DNA from: a virus
Taxonomy: Duplodnaviria > Caudoviricetes
IMG/VR virus record: IMGVR_UViG_3300003937_000095
Location: 1 to 37,250 of that record
Strand: one strand, 5' to 3'
Length of the DNA: 37,250 nt
In this document: piece after piece, positions 27,387-34,328 of the stretch
Numbering within the stretch: position 1 is the stretch's first letter
Layout of the letters: each line of letters opens with the position of its first letter
Position numbers and translations under genes: made by a program
Notes under the pieces: model-generated
The model's input: only the letters and a program-made list of their open reading frames with translations
Database searches by the model: none
Told to the model about the DNA's origin: nothing

Positions 27387-27456
27387 TAAACTCCCCTAAA
27401 TAATTGATTTAATAAAAATCGATGACAAATGGTTGGCGCTATGTTAGGGGAGTTTA
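27387..27456 (+). ncRNA. Intergenic RNA structure (13-bp closing stem, internal hairpin)
   Basis: TAAACTCCCCTAA/TTAGGGGAGTTTA; ATTGATTT/AAATCGAT. Confidence 0.45.
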
Positions 27457-27479
27457 TAAATTAAAATAGGAGAGAAAAA

Positions 27480-27638
27480 ATGATGGTCATATTAACATTA
27501 GCAGAGTGGATAGGAAGTATGTTTTTAATTAGCATATCAGTATTATTAATAGGTTTTGGTATGATATTAATGGTAGTAGCAGTAGATATATTTAGAGAGA
27601 AAATGGAAGAAATAATAAATAAAAATAAAGGAGAGTAA
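27480..27638 (+). CDS. 52-aa membrane protein
   Basis: Read manually: MMVILTLAEWIGSMFLISISVLLIGFGMILMVVAVDIFREK...; AGGAG SD. Confidence 0.7.
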   Translation: MMVILTLAEWIGSMFLISISVLLIGFGMILMVVAVDIFREKMEEIINKNKGE

Positions 27639-27639
27639 T

Positions 27640-28446
27640 ATGTTACAGGACGCAATGTTTTCAGTAAAAGAAGTACCAGCTTATTGGGAAGAAACTAGTA
27701 AAAACAAAGGTAATGGCACTAGTGTTAGAGAAATGTCAACAGGGTATAAGTTTATAGTAAGAGAAGATAATAGTAAAGTTCTTAGTTGTATGACAGATAG
27801 TTATAAACTTGTAAAAAACGAAACTATTATGAATATAGCAGAACCCCTTATTAAGAAACTAGGTGGTGAACCTAAAGAAGTTAATGTATTAGCAGGTGGA
27901 GCAAAAACACAATTTAGTTGGCACTTTCCAAAACAAGTTGTTAAAATGTCTAAAGCAGATGAAATGACTCCTGAAATTAATATCATGAATAGTTACAACG
28001 GAACTGTTGGGTTAAATATTTTAGGTGGTGCATTTAGATTAATATGTCTTAATGGCATGGTAGTAGGAATTGTTGCAAGTAAATACAAAAACAAACATAT
28101 TAAATCTAATATTTCCCTTAATGATATTAGTAATGTTATTGAAGAAACTGTCGATAAAACAAAGCTTGTATTTAAAGAAGAGTTTCCGATACTTGCAGAA
28201 ACAAAGTTTCAAGAAAATCATTTAATTGAAATGATAAAGATGTTCCCAGATTATGCAAATACTTTAGTTACTGATAAAATTATTATTGAAAAACCTAGAA
28301 CTTTTTGGGATTTATTAAATGTAGGTACTAATGTATTAACACATCATATGAATAGAAATCTTGATTCTACTCATGGATTGGAACAGAGATTGTATCCTAA
28401 GATTAAGAAACTAGCTTACAAAGAGGCACAAGTTGCCATCTCTTGA
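27640..28446 (+). CDS. DUF932/DUF945-like phage/plasmid protein
   Basis: IVRED...L......Y..V.N, NSYNGT, FRLICLNGM, KH and T.WDL.N..T. Confidence 0.8.
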   Translation: MLQDAMFSVKEVPAYWEETSKNKGNGTSVREMSTGYKFIVREDNSKVLSCMTDSYKLVKNETIMNIAEPLIKKLGGEPKEVNVLAGGAKTQFSWHFPKQVVKMSKADEMTPEINIMNSYNGTVGLNILGGAFRLICLNGMVVGIVASKYKNKHIKSNISLNDISNVIEETVDKTKLVFKEEFPILAETKFQENHLIEMIKMFPDYANTLVTDKIIIEKPRTFWDLLNVGTNVLTHHMNRNLDSTHGLEQRLYPKIKKLAYKEAQVAIS

Positions 28447-29263
28447 TTGGTACGATTGCCCTATTGTAATACCTTATTATGGTGGGAAGTATATGTTGAG
28501 CAAACAATTTGTTCCTCTTATACCTCCTCACCATAGGTATTTCGAAGTATTCTCAGGTGGATTATCAATGTTTTTTAGAAAAGAAAAAGCTGAATGGAAT
28601 GTTTTAAATGACAAAGATAATAATATAGTTAATTTATATAATTGCGTTATACATAAATTAGATGAATTAGTTTATTATTTAGATTGGTTGCCTAAGTCCA
28701 GAGAATTGTTTGACGGGTTTCGTGCAGAAATAAAAGAAAAGCAACACATAGAAATACCAGATCCATTAAGAGCTGCTAAATACTTTTATTGTATAAGACA
28801 TAGTTTTAATAAGTTAATTCACACACCTATGTCAATGGTAAAAGATTGGAATAAAAATTGGATGAAAGAGTTTGAGTATTCAAGAAAAAAGATAGGAGGT
28901 TCAACAATAGAAAACTTAGACTTTGGAGATCTTATAGATAGGTATAAACCAAAAGAAAATGATTTTTGGTATCTCGATCCACCTTATTTCATAGCAACGG
29001 ATAAAGGAGACTATTATCAACATAATTTTAATGCTGAAGACCATATTAGATTAAAAGAAAAAGTTGATAAAATACATAATAATGGTGGTAAATTCATGGT
29101 ATCCTACGACCACAGAGAAGAGGTCTTTGATTTATATAAAGAGTATAATGTAAGAACTATTACTTTAAAATATCAGGGAGCTACGGACGAAAATAGAAGC
29201 AAAGAGAGAAAAGAATACTTAATAATAAACTATGAACCTAATGATCAGATAGGTTTATTCTAA
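28433..29263 (+). CDS. DNA N6-adenine methyltransferase (Dam/D12 class)
   Basis: YYGGK, EVFSGG, LND and YLDPPY; TTG start; target site unknown. Confidence 0.9.
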   Translation: MPSLDWYDCPIVIPYYGGKYMLSKQFVPLIPPHHRYFEVFSGGLSMFFRKEKAEWNVLNDKDNNIVNLYNCVIHKLDELVYYLDWLPKSRELFDGFRAEIKEKQHIEIPDPLRAAKYFYCIRHSFNKLIHTPMSMVKDWNKNWMKEFEYSRKKIGGSTIENLDFGDLIDRYKPKENDFWYLDPPYFIATDKGDYYQHNFNAEDHIRLKEKVDKIHNNGGKFMVSYDHREEVFDLYKEYNVRTITLKYQGATDENRSKERKEYLIINYEPNDQIGLF

Positions 29264-29272
29264 GGAGATAAT

Positions 29273-30607
29273 ATGAAAGAAATAGACGAAGGTGTTGCTT
29301 CATTAAAAGTAATGCCATGTAATATAGAAGCAGAACATGGAATATTAGGTTGTATACTCGTTGGAAAAGACATAGAAATGGAAATTGCTATGGCTTGGAT
29401 AAGAAACGATGATGCTTTTTATTCTAAAGATGCATTAAATACGTTCAAAGCAATGAAAGAGTTATACAAGAATAAAGTACCAATTGATGTTATAACTGTT
29501 GGTGATAAAATGTTTGAATCAACAGGAGAAAAAGATACTATTTACTTACTTGATCTTCAAGATTCCATTGTAAGCAAAAGTAAAGTAGAACATTATGCTA
29601 AAATAGTTTGGGAAAAGTATATTCAAAGAGAGACTGCTAAGTCTGCTCAAGATTTACTTAATGCTAGTTTTAAGAACTATAAAGACGTTGGTAGCATTCT
29701 AGAAAAACACAATAGATTAATCAATGAATTACGCAACATACAACCTTCTAAAATAAAAGATATATCCGATGTTGTAGATGAAGCTAAAATAGCAGTAAAA
29801 GAAGAGACTAATTTAATTAATTTTGGTCTTGGAAACTTAGATAGCTTTGCAGGTGGAATGACTCGTAAAGAATTAACAGTTCTTGGAGGAAGACCAGGCC
29901 ATGGTAAAACTACTCTAATGTTAAATATCGTTAGAGGTTTAATCGAACAAGGTTATAGTGTAATGTTATTTAATCGTGAGATGAGTAATGTAGAAACTAT
30001 GAAAAAGTTATTTGTAATGGAATCACAAGACCTTACTTACTCGATGATTAGAGCAGGTATAACAGATGAAAAGAAACAAATAGCATTAGAAAGTGTATCT
30101 GAATATGTAAGAGAAAAATACAAAGACTTAATTGCGTATGACGATATAAGAACTCTAGATGATTCTATTAGAGAAATAACAAAGCATAAACCAGATGTTG
30201 TTATTGATGACTACATTCAATTAATCGAAAGTGGATTAAAAAATAAAGACAGACGTTTTGAAATAGAAAAGATTGTCAATGATTACAAGTGGATATGTAA
30301 ACAAGAGAATTGTTCTGGATTGCTAGTATCTCAACTTAATCGTGATATTGAAAAACGATTTGATCCTAGACCTAGAATGAGTGATTATGCTGAATCAGGT
30401 GTAATTGAACAAGCTGCTGAAGCTGCGATGTTTGTATTTTATGGACACAATTTTGATAGTGAAAAGTACAATCAATTCAAAAGTGAAGTTATTGTTGCTA
30501 AAAGTCGATATGGTAAAATAGGTACTTACCCTATGGGTTTCAATGGTAATAAATGCAAGTTCTATAATGACCACAAAGAAGCAGAAAAAGATACTCTTGG
30601 TAGATAA
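29273..30607 (+). CDS. dnaB: Replicative DNA helicase, DnaB family
   Basis: N-terminal EAE..ILG domain, GRPGHGKT, DYIQL, SQLNR, SG.IEQ and KSRYG. Confidence 0.92.
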   Translation: MKEIDEGVASLKVMPCNIEAEHGILGCILVGKDIEMEIAMAWIRNDDAFYSKDALNTFKAMKELYKNKVPIDVITVGDKMFESTGEKDTIYLLDLQDSIVSKSKVEHYAKIVWEKYIQRETAKSAQDLLNASFKNYKDVGSILEKHNRLINELRNIQPSKIKDISDVVDEAKIAVKEETNLINFGLGNLDSFAGGMTRKELTVLGGRPGHGKTTLMLNIVRGLIEQGYSVMLFNREMSNVETMKKLFVMESQDLTYSMIRAGITDEKKQIALESVSEYVREKYKDLIAYDDIRTLDDSIREITKHKPDVVIDDYIQLIESGLKNKDRRFEIEKIVNDYKWICKQENCSGLLVSQLNRDIEKRFDPRPRMSDYAESGVIEQAAEAAMFVFYGHNFDSEKYNQFKSEVIVAKSRYGKIGTYPMGFNGNKCKFYNDHKEAEKDTLGR

Positions 30608-30905
30608 TAATAAAAGCTGTAGGGGGTGTTACTACGAAGTCAAAAATCAATGTTATTGGTTTAAAGAAATCGAAAATACATCCCCGAAAGCAATACCTAA
30701 GAAGATTTTAAACAAAGGTTGTAGTAAGTATTACAATACTAATTTAAAAAAAGTAGTATTCCCTATTGTAAATAAAGTAATTAAATTATTTAAAGGTGAG
30801 ATACTAAGCGATAAATACAAAATTAGAAAACAATATTACAAACCTTATAGAAAAAAATCTTATAAAAGTTCTCATAACTATACACACAGAAAGGATGCAC
30901 AATGA
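30543..30905 (+). CDS. Cys-rich basic hypothetical protein (start possibly TTG at 30597)
   Basis: CRGCYY...C...GC. Confidence 0.6.
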   Translation: MVINASSIMTTKKQKKILLVDNNKSCRGCYYEVKNQCYWFKEIENTSPKAIPKKILNKGCSKYYNTNLKKVVFPIVNKVIKLFKGEILSDKYKIRKQYYKPYRKKSYKSSHNYTHRKDAQ

Positions 30906-31402
30906 ATACAACAGTAATTGGAATAGATCCCGGGGCTAGTGGAGCATTGAGTTATACTAATTCAAAAGAAATAGATGTAAGATCTCAAAAGTGCCACGAA
31001 TTAATAAGTTACAGGAATATAGGTTTAAATATAGTAACAACAGCTTATACTGATAAAAAAATAGTAGCATACATAGAAAAAGTTCATGCTATGCCTCACG
31101 ATGGAAGAAGTTCTTTATTTAAGTTTGGAGTAAACTACGGAGTTTGGTTAGGTTTGTTACATTCAAAAATAGGACATACATCTAAAAACTTAAAGCAAAT
31201 AGTAGAAGTGTCTCCACAAAAATGGATGAAATTTTGGGAGAATAAAATAGGAGAGAAACTTCCTAAAGTTAAAAAAGATAGGAAGAATAAATTAAAAGAA
31301 ATAGCAAGTAATTACACATCTGAAAAAGTTACATTGTGGAATGCTGATGCTATATTAATAACAATGTACGGAATGTACACAGAACAAGGAGAAGAGCAGT
31401 GA
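30902..31402 (+). CDS. RuvC-like Holliday junction resolvase
   Basis: IGIDPG, IEKV, FG..YG, V.PQKW and ADAILI. Confidence 0.85.
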   Translation: MNTTVIGIDPGASGALSYTNSKEIDVRSQKCHELISYRNIGLNIVTTAYTDKKIVAYIEKVHAMPHDGRSSLFKFGVNYGVWLGLLHSKIGHTSKNLKQIVEVSPQKWMKFWENKIGEKLPKVKKDRKNKLKEIASNYTSEKVTLWNADAILITMYGMYTEQGEEQ

Positions 31403-31590
31403 TAATAGGAGATGAGTTTATAGGAGTAATATCACATAAGTTTAATAATAATGAATTAGATGCTTATATTTATAAAGTAAATATATTTCCAATATCTATA
31501 TGTTTTGAAAACCATTATGATTCAAAACATACAGAAATAAAATTAATATTATTTAATAAATATACTATTGGATTATTTATAAGTAGATAA
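31399..31590 (+). CDS. Hypothetical protein, last gene of the + arm
   Basis: GTG start with GGAG SD. Confidence 0.55.
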   Translation: MIIGDEFIGVISHKFNNNELDAYIYKVNIFPISICFENHYDSKHTEIKLILFNKYTIGLFISR

Positions 31591-31631
31591 TTTACTTTTC
31601 AAGGGCGGTGGGGAATCTCCTTTATATTAGT

Positions 31632-34328
31632 TTAAACCCCCATCGCTCTATAAAGTTTTGATAATTCTAAATCAGATTTTGTTTTTTCTTGTATTGTAGA
31701 TTTCTTTTTCTTTGATTTCTTTTTAACTGGAGGAAGTATTGTTTTTAAAGGTTCTTTTTTTCTCATTTCTCTTGTTCTAGCAGTTGGATACAATCCAAAT
31801 TCATGCATCATTAAATCCCATCCGTTTCCATTTCTCAATGCTTTATAATCTTTAGTTAAAAATTTAGATGCTTGTACGTTCAAAGAAGACAATAGCCTAG
31901 CACGTTTTTGTTCATCTGTCATACCATAAGCATCATTATAACCAACAATCATTTGAGCTGCTAAATTGTCTGGTGTTTTAACCCAATCAAATAATGTAGC
32001 ATAATAAAATAATTCACCAGTTGTAGGGCCAAGAAAACCTCTTCCTTTTACATCTTCACCTTCTAAACCTTTTTTAAGCGTTTTAATTCTTTCTACTGTA
32101 TCATTTTCCATTAATCGTTGTAAATCAAGATTTAGTACACCACTCATCATTTCTGTAAATAAATATAAACCTGCGAATCTTAATGGAACATAAAGATCTG
32201 GAGAATCCCATTGTCTTGCAATAACAGCATCTTTAGATTTTCTTAATACTTCTGATTGCAATTGAAGAAAAGACATTGGATAATGTAAAAACTGAAATGC
32301 AACTTGGCCAACTGCCCCTAATCCACTTTTAGTTCCACCTACTAATGGAGCTTTTTGTGATGGAGAATATTCAAACGCATATTTATTCACCATATCCAAA
32401 GCATGTTTTTTAGATCTTTGTATTGATTGTTGCTTAGTTAATCCACCCTTAGTTAATTCATTAAACTTTGAAACAAATGAATATCTAAACATATGTTTTC
32501 TTAAAAAGTTTTCAGTAACTTTTTGAAATATAGCACCTTTACCAGCGGCTGCTGTCATAGTTGCGTCAAAAGCTCTCCAATGTTTACCTTCTTTATATTG
32601 TAGTTTTGGATTACCATCAGCATCTATTTTTATATCTATATCTTTTGATTTTACACCTTCTGTTGGTACTAAACCTTCTGTAAATAAAGGAGAAGACATA
32701 TCTTCAAATTTAAAACCTTGCTCTCTTTCTACTTCTACTATAATATCTTGCAATGATTTTTGCTTACCATCAACATCAAATATTTTATTTGTAGATGTAG
32801 TATCCCATTCTCTTAAGTATTTTACAAATGCTCTATTACCAACTCCTTGCAAATAATACATACCAGACATTGTATTTCTAACAGCAGTACCTATACCAAA
32901 ACCTAACTTACTTAAAAATTGAACTCCTGTTAATGTTCTAACTGTTTTATTAACCCAAGCAGGTCTATCTTGGTATCCTTTATCTGCAATAGTGTATGTA
33001 TCCATTACATATTTTTGCAAAGCTTCTGCACCTTCAGAATCTTTAGGTAACGCTCTCATTCCCTCCATCATAATATTTTTTAAATAATTAGATTTATTAA
33101 ATGCGATAGCATCTAATGAATACTTTCTAAGTACACCAACAGGATTTTTTAAATAATTATCATAAGGAATTGATTTTCTACCCCTTAAAGTTCTAGGAGT
33201 ATTTATTTCTTTTGACATTTGTAAAAATACTTGAGATAAATCTGTTAAGTCTTGATCTACATTAGAGTATTTATCTTTTTCAGCCTTATCCATTATTTTT
33301 TCTATTTTAATAAATGATTCAATTAAATAATGTGGAAAGTAATTACCATCTTTTATTCCCTTTTGCACTTCTTTTATTTGACTTTCTATTGTTTCTTCAT
33401 ATTTTCTAACTTTATCTCCGTTAGGTAATAATAAAGATGAATCTTCTTTACTATTTAAATATGATTGTCTTATAACTTGTTTATGTTGTTTTAAACCGTT
33501 TATCATTACAAGGCCCATATCATTTAAAAGATTTCTAGATAATTTACCAGCTTCTATAATTTCTCTAGATACTTCAACAGTAGAACCATCGTTTTCTATT
33601 TTAAAATACCTACCTTTACTTTCTGTAAGTTCTCCTTCTAAAAACATTCTTAATTCTTGTAATGGAACACCTCCATCACTTTTAAATATTTCAGACATTT
33701 GCTTAGTAATATCCATTGCTTTATTAGCTTGTTCTGGTGTTTTAGGATTGTTAATAATAATAGTTAATTGATTTTCTAATTTTTCTAAATCTCTAACAGA
33801 TTTTATACCAAGTCTAAATTTAGATTCTCCTCTATTTTTTATAGCATCTGTTTTTAATAAAGCCATTATATCATTATGAGATTTTAAATAATTACTAAAT
33901 TGAGTTCTTTCATAATTAGCTGATTCATTTATTTTATTATTAAGATAGTTTGTAATAGCAAACTTTTGCATTACACCTCTTCTAACAAACAATAACTTTT
34001 CTAAATAATTTAATTTAGGATTATTTAATTTTTTGGATTCTCTTACCAATTCATTTTTTATTCTTCTAAAATCTGCCTCACTAAAACCGGTATAAGAATC
34101 AATTGCTGGTTTACCTTGAGTTCCTCGACCAACAATAAGATCAAACATCCTACGACCTAAATCAGAATCAACATCACCATATTGTTTTTTTAATATATTG
34201 CCTATATTAATTTTTTCATTTTTAAAAGTAATTGTTTTACCATTAAACAACAATCTCATTTTATCAAGATTTTCTTTTGTAAATTGCTCTTCTTTTGATA
34301 CAAATGTACAATTAGATATACTAGACAT
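31632..34328 (-). CDS. Large helical protein, probable internal virion/ejection protein
   Basis: ORF track to 34337; ATG at 34328 is TAATG-coupled; NYFPH...; FQFLHYP...QL resembles the tails of large ejected virion proteins. Confidence 0.6.
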   Translation of the reverse strand: MSSISNCTFVSKEEQFTKENLDKMRLLFNGKTITFKNEKINIGNILKKQYGDVDSDLGRRMFDLIVGRGTQGKPAIDSYTGFSEADFRRIKNELVRESKKLNNPKLNYLEKLLFVRRGVMQKFAITNYLNNKINESANYERTQFSNYLKSHNDIMALLKTDAIKNRGESKFRLGIKSVRDLEKLENQLTIIINNPKTPEQANKAMDITKQMSEIFKSDGGVPLQELRMFLEGELTESKGRYFKIENDGSTVEVSREIIEAGKLSRNLLNDMGLVMINGLKQHKQVIRQSYLNSKEDSSLLLPNGDKVRKYEETIESQIKEVQKGIKDGNYFPHYLIESFIKIEKIMDKAEKDKYSNVDQDLTDLSQVFLQMSKEINTPRTLRGRKSIPYDNYLKNPVGVLRKYSLDAIAFNKSNYLKNIMMEGMRALPKDSEGAEALQKYVMDTYTIADKGYQDRPAWVNKTVRTLTGVQFLSKLGFGIGTAVRNTMSGMYYLQGVGNRAFVKYLREWDTTSTNKIFDVDGKQKSLQDIIVEVEREQGFKFEDMSSPLFTEGLVPTEGVKSKDIDIKIDADGNPKLQYKEGKHWRAFDATMTAAAGKGAIFQKVTENFLRKHMFRYSFVSKFNELTKGGLTKQQSIQRSKKHALDMVNKYAFEYSPSQKAPLVGGTKSGLGAVGQVAFQFLHYPMSFLQLQSEVLRKSKDAVIARQWDSPDLYVPLRFAGLYLFTEMMSGVLNLDLQRLMENDTVERIKTLKKGLEGEDVKGRGFLGPTTGELFYYATLFDWVKTPDNLAAQMIVGYNDAYGMTDEQKRARLLSSLNVQASKFLTKDYKALRNGNGWDLMMHEFGLYPTARTREMRKKEPLKTILPPVKKKSKKKKSTIQEKTKSDLELSKLYRAMGV

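Noticed and set aside
8533-31613. GCGGTGG in two spacers (8539-45 minus, 31605-11 plus) as a Chi-like site
   Set aside because: Only two copies noticed and not the E. coli Chi sequence; cannot be distinguished from chance.
31591-31631. Bidirectional terminator at the convergent junction
   Set aside because: Only a weak 4-bp stem is possible; not convincing.
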